Positions 49,101 to 60,540 of a stretch of 64,000 nt of DNA are shown piece after piece. How positions within the stretch are numbered: position 1 is the stretch's first letter; each line of letters starts with the position of its first letter. The translations under genes and the position numbers were made by a program. The notes under the pieces are model-generated. The model was given only the letters and a program-made list of their open reading frames with translations. It was not told the DNA's origin and did no database searches. The stretch covers positions 62,001 to 126,000 of the forward strand of contig JAPMXV010000070.1 of NCBI GenBank assembly GCA_026936335.1, given 5' to 3'. The stretch is from Mantamonas sphyraenae STR306. Taxonomy: Eukaryota > Protista > CRuMs.

Positions 49101-49871
49101 CACTGATGTTCATCCTTTTGTAATTCCTCAGCATGCGCTCTCCCGGTCGGTTTCTGCTGCCCCTTCTGTTCTCATCCACCTCCGCCCTCGGTGCTCGAGC
49201 TCCACGTCGTCCACACAGTCCATTCCTCCAACAGCCTCTGCCACAATACCACATCAGCCACACGCACGTATGCGTCGTACATCGTGTGTTGTTTCGATCA
49301 GTGTCCAATCGCCCCACAGAAAGTATCCCCCTTGCGCTCCTCAAAACCAGCGTTGTCCGGTCCTTCAACCACGCACCTTCACCCCTGTCCAACCCGCCTC
49401 CCACCTCCCACCCGCCCCCTTTCTCCCTTGCTTGCTTTGATACTGTGGTTGTGCAGTGCCAGAGTATCCATGCTGTACTTCATAGTCACTTCCTTGGCCA
49501 ATGCTGCTCTTTCTGCTCCTTCCCCCCCAATCTCTCCCGGTACCATGTCACTTCTCCACCGAAACGTCACACATGCGTCCACCCACAACATGACCGACAC
49601 AACAACCAACAAACATACTCGTACAGCATGTCCACACACTCGATGCCTCTCCCATGACTCCTGTACTCTCCCAACTCGGCGACGCCAACCCCCTCCATCC
49701 TTCCCGCTTCACCCTTCCACACCGCTCTTTCCACCTTCCTGTGCCCTCGACACGCGTCCACCACCCCCATCCTCCCTCGGTGTGGCTGTGGTGAGATCGG
49801 AAACCGATGTGGGGAGAGCCGAGTCACCACGTCCTGGGCTCGATTCCCATGTGCAAGTTCCGCTTTTCAAG

Positions 49872-52800
49872 CGTGCACTCGCCCATCCTGAACGCCAGCG
49901 TCGACCTGCATGGACTGCACCCCCGGTGACACAGTCTACACAGTGCATGGCACCCAGTGGAGGGGTGGGTGGAAGGGGGTGGTGGGTGTGTCGATGCTGC
50001 CAGCGAGGAAAGATGAACGCACATCCCCGTGTGCACTCGCCCACCACCGATCGCCAGCGTCGACCTGCGTGGACTGCACCTCGGTGACACGGTCTACACG
50101 GTGTGTGGCACCCAACGGGGGGGGGTGGACGGGAGGAGGTTGTGGGTGCGTCGATGCTGCCAGCGAAGAAAGATGAACGCACAACCGTGTGCACTCGCCC
50201 ATCCCCGAACGCCAGCGTCGACCTGCGTGGACTGCACCTCGGTGACACGGTCTACACGGTGTGTGGCACCCAACGGGGGGGGGTGGATGGGAGGAGGTTG
50301 TGGGTGCGTCGATGCTGCCAGCGAGGAAAGATGGACGCACCGCCGTGTGCACTCGCCCACCACCGAACGTCAGCGTCGACCTGCATGGACTGCACCCCCC
50401 ATGACACAGTCTACACAGTGCATGGCACCCAGTGGAGGGGTGGATGGAAGGAGCTGGTGGGTGTGTTGAACCTGCCAGCGAGGAAAGATGAACGCACATC
50501 CCCGTGTGCACTCGCCCACCACCGAACGCCAGCGTCGACCTGCATGGACTGCACTCCGGTGACACAGTCTACACAGTGCATGGCACCCAGTGGAGGGGTG
50601 GATGGAAGGAGCTGGTGGGTGTGTTGAACCTGCCAGCGAGGAAAGATGAACGCACATCCCCGTGTGCACTCGCCCACCACCGAACGCCAGCGTCGACCTG
50701 CATGGACTGCACTCCGGTGACACAGTCTACACAGTGCATGGCACCCAGTGGAGGGGTGGATGGAGGGGGGTGGTGGGTGTGTCGATGCTGCCAGCGAGGA
50801 AAGATGAACGCACCTCCCCGTGTGCACTCGCCCACCACCGAACGCCAGCGTCGACCAGCATAGACTGCACCCCCCATGACACAGTCTACACAGTGCATGG
50901 CACCCAGTGGAGGGGTGGATGGAAGGAGCTGGTGGGTGTGTTGAACCTGCCAGCGAGGAAAGGTGAACGCACATCCCCGTGTGCACTCGCCCACCACCGA
51001 ACGCCAGCGTCCACCTGCATGGACTGCACCGCCGGTGACACAGTCTACACAGTGCATGGCACCCAACGGAGGGGTGGATGGAAGGGGGTGGTGGGTGTGT
51101 CGATGCTGCCAGCGAGGAAAGATGAACGCACCTCCCCGTGTGCACTCGCCCACCACCGAACGCCAGCGTCGACCTGCATGGACTGCACTCCGGTGACACA
51201 GTCTACACAGTGCATGGCACCCAGTGGAGGGGTGGATGGAGGGGGGTGGTGGGTGTGTCGATGCTGCCAGCGAGGAAAGATGAACGCACATCCCCGTGTG
51301 CACTCGCCCATCCTGAACGCCAGTGTCGACCTGCATGGACTGCACCTCGGTGACACGGTCTACACAGTGCATGGCACCCAGTGGAGGGGTGGATGGAAGG
51401 AGCTGGTGGGTGCGTCGATGCTGCCAGCGACGAAAGATGAACGCACATCCCCGTGTGCACTCGCCCATCCAAACGTCAGCGTCGACATGCATGGACTGCA
51501 CCCCCGGTGACACAGTCTACACAGTGCATGGCACCCAGTGGAGGGGTGGATGGAAGGGGGAGGTGGGTGTGTCGATGCTGCCAGCGAGGAAAGATGAACG
51601 CACATCCCCGTGTGCACTCGCCCACCACCGAACGTCAGCGTCGACCTGCATGGACTGCACTCCGGTGACACAGTCTACACAGTGCATGGCACCCAGTGGA
51701 GGGGTGGATGGAGGGGGGTGGTGGGTGTGTCGATGCTGCCAGCGAGGAAAGATGAACGCACATCCCGTGTGCACTCGCCCATCCTGAACGCCAGTGTCGA
51801 CCTGCATGGACTGCACCTCGGTGACACGGTCTACACAGTGCATGGCACCCAGTGGAGGGGTGGATGGAAGGGGGTGGTGGGTGTGTCGAAGCTGCCAGCG
51901 AGGAAAGATGAACGCACCTCCCCGTGTGCACTCGCCCACCACCGAACGCCAGCGTCGACCTGCATGGACTGCACTCCGGTGACACAGTCTACACAGTGCA
52001 TGGCACCCAGTGGAGGGGTGGATGGAAGGAGCTGGTGGGTGTGTCGAAGCTGCCAGCCAGGAAAGATGAACGCACCTCCCCGTGTGCACTCGCCCACCAC
52101 CGAACGCCAGCGTCGACCTGCATGGACTGCACCGCCGGTGACACAGTCTACACAGTGCATGGCACCCAGTGGAGGGGTGGATGGAAGGGGGAGGTGGGTG
52201 TGTCGAAGCTGCCAGCCAGGAAAGATGAACGCACCTCCCCGTGTGCACTCGCCCACCACCGAACGCCAGCGTCGACCTGCATGGACTGCACTCCGGTGAC
52301 ACAGTCTACACAGTGCATGGCACCCAGTGGAGGGGTGGATGGAGGGGGGTGGTGGGTGTGTCGATGCTGCCAGCGAGGAAAGATGAACGCACCTCCCCGT
52401 GTGCACTCGCCCACCACCGAACGCCAGCGTCGACCAGCATAGACTGCACCCCCCATGACACAGTCTACACAGTGCATGGCACCCAGTGGAGGGGTGGATG
52501 GAAGGAGCTGGTGGGTGTGTTGAACCTGCCAGCGAGGAAAGGTGAACGCACATCCCCGTGTGCACTCGCCCACCACCGAACGCCAGCGTCCACCTGCATG
52601 GACTGCACCGCCGGTGACACAGTCTACACAGTGCATGGCACCCAACGGAGGGGTGGATGGAAGGGGGTGGTGGGTGTGTCGATGCTGCCAGCGAGGAAAG
52701 ATGAACGCACATCCCCGTGTGCACTCGCCCATCCTGAACGCCAGTGTCGACCTGCATGGACTGCACCTCGGTGACACGGTCTACACAGTGCATGGCACCC

Positions 52801-54962
52801 AGTGGAGGGGTGGATGGAAGGGGGTGGTGGGTGTGTCGAAGCTGCCAGCGAGGAAAGATGAACGCACCTCCCCGTGTGCACTCGCCCACCACCGAACGCC
52901 AGCGTCGACCTGCATGGACTGCACTCCGGTGACACAGTCTACACAGTGCATGGCACCCAGTGGAGGGGTGGATGGAGGGGGGTGGTGGGTGTGTCGATGC
53001 TGCCAGCGAGGAAAGATGAACGCACATCCCCGTGTGCACTCGCCCATCCTGAACGCCAGTGTCGACCTGCATGGACTGCACCTCGGTGACACGGTCTACA
53101 CAGTGCATGGCACCCAGTGGAGGGGTGGATGGAAGGAGCTGGTGGGTGCGTCGATGCTGCCAGCGACGAAAGATGAACGCACATCCCCGTGTGCACTCGC
53201 CCATCCAAACGTCAGCGTCGACATGCATGGACTGCACCCCCGGTGACACAGTCTACACAGTGCATGGCACCCAGTGGAGGGGTGGATGGAAGGGGGAGGT
53301 GGGTGTGTCGATGCTGCCAGCGAGGAAAGATGAACGCACATCCCCGTGTGCACTCGCCCACCACCGAACGTCAGCGTCGACCTGCATGGACTGCACTCCG
53401 GTGACACAGTCTACACAGTGCATGGCACCCAGTGGAGGGGTGGATGGAGGGGGGTGGTGGGTGTGTCGATGCTGCCAGCGAGGAAAGATGAACGCACATC
53501 CCCGTGTGCACTCGCCCATCCTGAACGCCAGTGTCGACCTGCATGGACTGCACCTCGGTGACACGGTCTACACAGTGCATGGCACCCAGTGGAGGGGTGG
53601 ATGGAAGGGGTGGTGGTGGGTGTGTCGAAGCTGCCAGCGAGGAAAGATGAACGCACCTCCCCGTGTGCACTCGCCCACCACCGAACGCCAGCGTCGACCT
53701 GCATGGACTGCACTCCGGTGACACAGTCTACACAGTGCATGGCACCCAGTGGAGGGGTGGATGGAAGGAGCTGGTGGGTGTGTCGAAGCTGCCAGCCAGG
53801 AAAGATGAACGCACCTCCCCGTGTGCACTCGCCCACCACCGAACGCCAGCGTCGACCTGCATGGACTGCACCGCCGGTGACACAGTCTACACAGTGCATG
53901 GCACCCAGTGGAGGGGTGGATGGAAGGGGGAGGTGGGTGTGTCGAAGCTGCCAGCCAGGAAAGATGAACGCACCTCCCCGTGTGCACTCGCCCACCACCG
54001 AACGCCAGCGTCGACCTGCATGGACTGCACCGCCGGTGACACAGTCTACACAGTGCATGGCACCCAGTGGAGGGGTGGATGGAAGGGGGAGGTGGGTGTG
54101 TCGATGCTGCCAGCGAGGAAAGATGAACGCACATCCCCGTATGCACTCGCCCACCACCGAACGTCAGCGTCGACCTGCATGGACTGCACTCCGGTGACAC
54201 AGTCTACACAGTGCATGGCACCCAGTGGAGGGGTGGATGGAGGGGGTGGTGGGTGTGTCGATGCTGCCAGCGAGGAAAGATGAACGCACCTCCCCGTGTG
54301 CACTCGCCCATCCTGAACGCCAGTGTCGACCTGCATGGACTGCACCGCCGGTGACACAGTCTACACAGTGCATGGCACCCAGTGGAGGGGTGGATGGAGG
54401 GGGGTGGTGGGTGTGTCGATGCTGCCAGCGAGGAAAGATGAACGCACCTCCCCGTGTGCACTCGCCCACCACCGAACGCCAGCGTCGACCTGCATGGACT
54501 GCACCGCCGGTGACACAGTCTACACAGTGCATGGCACCCAGTGGAGGGGTGGATGGAAGGAGCTGGTGGGTGTGTCGAAGCTGCCAGCGAGGAAAGATGA
54601 ACGCACCTCCCCGTGTGCACTCGCCCACCACCGAACGCCAGCGTCGACCTGCATGGACTGCACCCCCCATGACACAGTCTACACAGTGCATGGCACCCAG
54701 TGGAGGGGTGGATGGAAGGAGCTGGTGGGTGTGTTGAACCTGCCAGCGAGGAAAGATGAACGCACATCCCCGTGTGCACTCGCCCACCACCGAACGCCAG
54801 CGTCGACCTGCATGGACTGCACTCCGGTGACACAGTCTACACAGTGCATGGCACCCAGTGGAGGGGTGGATGGAAGGAGCTGGTGGGTGTGTCGAAGCTG
54901 CCAGCGAGGAAAGATGAACGCACATCCCCGTGTGCACTCGCCCACCACCGAACGCCAGCGTC
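49872..54962. repeat. 158-bp tandem satellite, about 32 copies, with higher-order duplication
   Basis: Unit GTGTGCACTCGCCCACCACCGAACGCCAGCGTCGACCTGCATGGACTGCAC...GAGGAAAGATGAACGCACATCCCC with period 157-159. Variant series recur at offsets of 1579 and 1736 bp. Confidence 0.97.
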
Positions 54963-56397
54963 GCCACACCGAGGGAGGATTGGGGTGGGGGACACGTGTC
55001 GAGGGCACAGGAAGGTGGAAAGAGCGGTGTGGAAGGGTGAAGCGGGAAGGATGGAGGGGGTTGGCGTCGCCGAGTTGGGAGAGTACAGGAGTCATGGGAG
55101 AGGCATCGAGTGTGTGGACATGCTGTACGAGTATGTTTGTTGGTTGTTGTGTCGGTCATGTTGTGGGTGGACGCATGTGTGACGTTTCGGTGGAGAAGTG
55201 ACATGGTACCGGGAGAGATTGGGGGGGAAGGAGCAGAAAGAGCAGCATTGGCCAAGGAAGTGACTATGAAGTACAGCATGGATACTCTGGCACTGCACAA
55301 CCACAGTATCAAAGCAAGCAAGGGAGAAAGGGGGCGGGTGGGAGGTGGGAGGCGGGTTGGACAGGGGTGAAGGTGCGTGGTTGAAGGACCGGACAACGCT
55401 GGTTTTGAGGAGCGCAAGGGGGATACTTTCTGTGGGGCGATTGGACACTGATCGAAACAACACACGATGTACGACGCATACGTGCGTGTGGCTGATGTGG
55501 TATTGTGGCAGAGGCTGTTGGAGGAATGGACTGTGTGGACGACGTGGAGCTCGAGCACCGAGGGCGGAGGTGGATGAGAACAGAAGGGGCAGCAGAAACC
55601 GACCGGGAGAGCGCATGCTGAGGAATTACAAAAGGATGAACATCAGTGGTGTGGCAGCTCATATATGTAGTCGATGATGAGTCGCAGGTGTTGTTGACGA
55701 TGGGAGTCGAAGCAATGGTTGACAAGTCAACCGAGCAGCGCCACCCTGTGTGAGCAACAGCATAGCAGGGGAGAGTCAATACAGGTCGAGAGAGACCGAA
55801 AGAGAAGAATGCGTGGTGTGGCAGGTTACAAGCAGGCGATGAAAAACAGATGTTGTTGACGAAGAGCGGGGATAGGAACGGTGGGGTGGGGCAAACCTGC
55901 AGCCCAAGGGCCCCGTGTGTGAGGAGCAACGCAGCACGATAGGGAGCATGTGCGGGGAGGAATATCGAAAGACATTCCGAGCAGCAACGTGGTGGCAGCT
56001 CACATGTGGGCGATGAAAGACAGATGTTGTTGACGAAGTACGGGAATCAGCGAGGTGGAGCATCGCCAGCCCAAGGGCCGTGCGTGTGGAGCAGCAGAGC
56101 AGGATGGGAGCATGCACGAGGAGGAACATCAAAGGACGAGCACCAACGTGCTGACAGTCGTAACCAGCCGATCAAGGAACGGATCAGTGGCAAAAAGAAA
56201 GGTTAGGGCAGAACACTAGACCAGCCGCCCTGTGTGAACACAAGGGGCGACCCGGGAATCGAACCCGGGACCTCGCGCATCCGAAGCGCGAATCATACGT
56301 ATAGTAACCCTTTAAACCTGTACCCAAGTGGTTACACTACTCTTGCTCAATTCGCGGTTCAGCATCTAAACCTCCCACCAAATCGTCCGAATTCCGC
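54963..56397. repeat. Right arm of the 1,435-bp inverted repeat
   Basis: Reverse complement of 48352-49786. Confidence 0.97.
56214..56298 (-). tRNA. Second, identical circularly permuted tRNA-Pro(CGG)
   Basis: Exact reverse complement of 48451-48535. Confidence 0.88.
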
Positions 56398-56442
56398 GAC
56401 CGGCTATGACAGAAGACCCTCACAGATCCGCGCGCACCCGGC

Positions 56443-57510
56443 CACCCGAACGTCAGCGTCCACCTGCATGGACTGCACCCCCGGTGACACAATCTACACA
56501 GTGCATGGCACCCAACAGAGGGGTGGATGGAGGGGGATGGTGGGTGTGTCGATGCTGCCAGCGAGGAAAGATGAACGCACATCCCCGTGTGCACTCGCCC
56601 ACCCTGAACGCCAGCGTCCACCTGCATGGACTGCACCCCCGGTGACACAATCTACACAGTGCATGGCACCCAACAGAGGGGTGGGTGGAAGGAGCTGGTG
56701 GGTGTGTTGAACCTGCCAGCGAGGAAAGATGAACGCACATCCCCGTCTGCACTCGCCCACCCTGAACGCCAGCGTCGACCTGCATGGACTGCACCCCCGG
56801 TGACACAGTCTACACAGTGCATGGCACCCAACAGAGGGGTGGGTGGAAGGAGCTGGTGGGTGTGTTGAACCTGCCAGCGACGAAAGATGAACGCACATCC
56901 CCGTCTGCACTCGCTCACCCCGAACATCAGCGTCCACCTGCATGGACTGCACCCCCCATGACACAATCTACACAGTGCATGGCACCCAACGGAGTGATGG
57001 GTGGAAGGAGCTGGTGGGTGTGTTGAACCTGCCAGCTAGGAAAGATGAACGCACCTCCCCGTGTGCACTCGCCCATCCAAACGTCAGCGTCGACCTGCAT
57101 GGACTGCACCCCCGGTGACACAGTCTACACAGTGCATGGCACCCAACGGAGTGATGGGTGGAAGGAGCTGGTGGGTGTGTTGAACCTGCCAGCGAGGAAA
57201 GGTGAACGCACCTCCCCGTGTGCACTCGCCCATCCAAACGTCAGCGTCGACCTGCATGGACTGCACCCCCGGTGACACAGTCTACACAGTGCATGGCACC
57301 CAACGGAGTGATGGGTGGAAGGAGCTGGTGGGTGTGTTGAACCTGCCAGCGAGGAAAGGTGAACGCACATCCCCGTCTGCACTCGCCCACCCCGAACGCC
57401 AGCGTCCACCTGCATGAACTGCACCCCCGGTGACACAGTCTACACAATGCATGGCACCCAATGGAGGGGTGGGTGGAAGGGGTTGGTGGGTGTGTCCATG
57501 CTGCCAGCGG
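56443..57510. repeat. Same ~158-bp satellite, about 7 copies, distinct variant set
   Basis: Same orientation as the inner array; diagnostic variants CCCAACAGAG, ACAATC, CCGTCTGCAC and GGAGTGATGGG. Confidence 0.95.
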
Positions 57511-59830
57511 CGAAATGCAGCTGGAACGACTGATGGGAGAGCATGGACAAGACATTCCATTGAGTATTCATGAAAGGTGGAACAATGCAATTCTTACACC
57601 TCAGCTCGCCACAGCCTTTCTCCATCTCATCAGTGTCCTTCCCGAGCTCACTTTCCCCACCCTCCATCCACCCCTCCACCACCACACCTCCTCCATCCAC
57701 AACAACTCATCCTTTGGGACGATCCGAACGGTACGCTGCACCCCCCCCCCCACCACCACCACCAGACCAGTGTCAGTTTCAGTGTCCGTACCCCCCCCGC
57801 CCTCTCTCCAGCACCTCCCCGCACCCACAACTCACTTAGCGTAAAAAGTTGGGCAGCTGGTCAACTCCCAATTAAAAAACTTGTCACTCACGCTTGTACT
57901 GCACCGAAGCACCGAACAGCCCCGTCCTCCGCTGCATCTCCTTCCTGCGTTTCTCCCAGGCCCTTTGCGCCATCGCTGCCTCCTCGACCTTCACCATGTT
58001 GGCCGAAGTTCCAAGGCTGGCCACCGAAACCTTGCCCTTGCCCTTGCCCGACCTTTTCTTCTTCCGTCTCCTCTTTGTCCCTGTTGGCAGCACCCGCACC
58101 ACCTCCTCCTCCACCTCCATCCCACCTCCACGTTCCCGCCTTGCGTCCACCTCCTCCGCCTCCTCCTCAACTTCCACCACCTCCACCTCCTCCACCTCCA
58201 TCCCACCTCCACGTTCCCGCCTTGCATCCACCTCCTCCGCCTCCTCCTCAACTTCCACCACCTCCACCTCCTCCTCAACTTCCACCTCCTCCACCTCCTC
58301 CACCACCTCCACCTCCTCCTCAACTTCCACCTCCTCCACCTCCTCCACCACCATCCCGCCACCTGCCCGGGCCCTCTCCTTCCTCGCCTTTGCCTGCACC
58401 GCCTTTGTGCACAGCGCCAGCACTCTCCCGCCCGTCAACGCCCGTTCCGCCAGCACCAGCCCCATGTGATGCGCACTGTTCACGTCTCGATCAAACACCA
58501 CCTTGCCCCTCGCCAATGCGTACTCAAAAGACTCCCTTGTGCGCGCCCCTGCCGACGACTCTCCGCACCCGCCGCAAGTCTTTCGCCTCCCAAACGGAGC
58601 AAAGGACCCCGACGCCGTGTCAAACTTTGTCTGTCGCAGACACACGCTGCACTTTTGCGTCGTGAACGTCTCTGCCATCCGAAACACCGGCAAGTGAAAC
58701 CCCAGCCTCCGGACTGCCTTGCTCACCGCCCCGTTCCCGGCCCGTGTCCAATTGCCCACCGCCGCTGCAACGTACTTGCGATCCTCCTCAACTGCAAACT
58801 TGCGCAGTTCCTTCACCTCTCTGTTCTCCGCACTTGATCCGGCAGCCTGCGCCCTCGACTTGGCCTTTGCGTGCTTTGCACACACCGTCGCCACGTGCGA
58901 CGTATCCATCGCCCCTCCATCGCCCCGTTCGCGCTTACGAGCATGCCGTGCCACCGACGCCGTTTTCGAGGCCGCCCGCACCTCTGCGTGCGACGGCCTT
59001 CCCGTCGCGAACGACGATCCGATGCGCACCCGTCCAAACTCCGCCTGGGGCTGCTCCAGCACCAGCAGCCTGCTCGTGTCCGTGGTGTGGCCCGGGTCCC
59101 GCACATGCAACGCCAAGTTGTACATCAGCTCCACCGTGGCCTTTTCCTCTCTCTCGTCTGCCGGCCCGACGATCCGCGATTCCAGAATCATCCCCGTCAA
59201 AGGCCCGGGCTCCGGCGCCTGGACGTGGTTGAGGTGTGCGAGTGCGTCGTTGCTCCACGCGCACCCATTGGCATCACCGTTGACCCCACCAAACGCCTGT
59301 GCCCCAGCCAGCCACAGGAAAAACACTTTGCACGCGCTGTCGTGTGCACTTTCCACAGCGTTGGCCGCCTTCTTGGCCGCCGCCTCGGCCGCCTTGGCCG
59401 CCGCCTCCTCCGTTTCCGATTTGCCCGCCACTTTCCCTGCGTTTCCCCCGCTGAACAGCTTGGCAAACGCCGTTATCGCCACATCCACCTGTGAGTGCAC
59501 CTGCAGCCCGGCCGCATGCTCTTTGGTCACTGCGTCGAGCCTAGCCCCCGCCTCTTCTGTGCTCATGCCCTCCTCCTCTACCTCCGTCGCCAGGTCACGC
59601 ATGGCGGCCACGAACAAAAGCAATGCTGCGTGCACCACTGCGTGGCATCCCGCTGCCTCGGCCTCGACCGCGTCCAGCATGGTCGCCTGCCCCTCCTGCC
59701 CCCACGTGGTGCGTACCATTCCTGCCACGCGTTGAATCTCGATCAATGCATCGTTCTTTGCCCGCCCCAGAACCGCCATCTCCACCTCCGCCTCCAGAAC
59801 GCGCGCCGCCGCCGCCGCCACCCCGGCGCC

Positions 59831-60540
59831 CTCCACCCCCTCCTCGGTCTCCATCCCACCAGCCACACCCACTCCCATCCCCTCCACCCCCTCCTCGCTC
59901 TCCATCCCATCAGCCGTACCCACTCCCATCCCCTCCACCCCCTCCTCGCTCTCCATCCCATCAGCCGTACCCACACCCATCCCCTCCACCCCCTCCTCGG
60001 TCTCCATCCCATCAGCCATACCCACTCCCATCCCCTCCACCCCCTCCTCGCTCTCCATCCCATCAGCCATACCCACTCCCATCCCCTCCACCCCCTCCTC
60101 GCTCTCCATCCCATCAGCCATACCCACTCCCATCCCCTCCACCCCCTCCTCGCTCTCCATCCCATCAGCCATACCCACTCCCATCCCCTCCACCCCCTCC
60201 TCGCTCTCCATCCCATCAGCCATACCCACTCCCATCCCCTCCACCCCCTCCTCGCTCTCCATCCCATCAGCCATACCCACTCCCATCCCCTCCACCCCCT
60301 CCTCGCTCTCCATCCCATCAGCCGTACCCACTCCCATCCCCTCCACCCCCTCCTCGCTCTCCATCCCATCAGCCATACCCACTTCCCATCCCCTCCACCC
60401 CCTCCTCGCTCTCCATCCCATCAGCCACACCCACTCCCATCCCTTCCACCCCCTCCTCGCTCTCCATCCCATCAGCCATACCCACCCCCATCCCCTCCAC
60501 CCCCTCCTCGCTCTCCATCCCATCAGCCGTACCCACTCCC
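59831..60540 (-). repeat. 51-bp coding tandem repeat, about 14 copies (GMGVGMADGMESEEGVE)
   Basis: Direct inspection; one unit has an extra T at about 60383. Confidence 0.95.

Larger units (their letters stand above)
48352..49786. repeat. Left arm of a 1,435-bp inverted repeat
   Basis: Position x pairs with 104749-x. Spurious ORF translations are identical on opposite strands (e.g. 48820..49440+ and 55309..55929-). Only three mismatches were noticed, all near the inner end. Confidence 0.97.

Noticed and set aside
48352-56397. Inverted arms as transposon TIRs or LTRs
   Set aside because: No target-site duplication outside the arms, no internal transposase, and LTRs would be direct repeats. 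A foldback-type origin cannot be fully excluded.
49872-57510. Satellite as a CRISPR-like array serving the adjacent nuclease
   Set aside because: There are no unique spacers; monomers differ only by a few recurrent variants.
48540-57700. Many overlapping ORFs in the satellite and inverted arms
   Set aside because: The 157-159-bp period shifts frame, the translations are repetitive with no domain signal, and GC-rich DNA is stop-poor.
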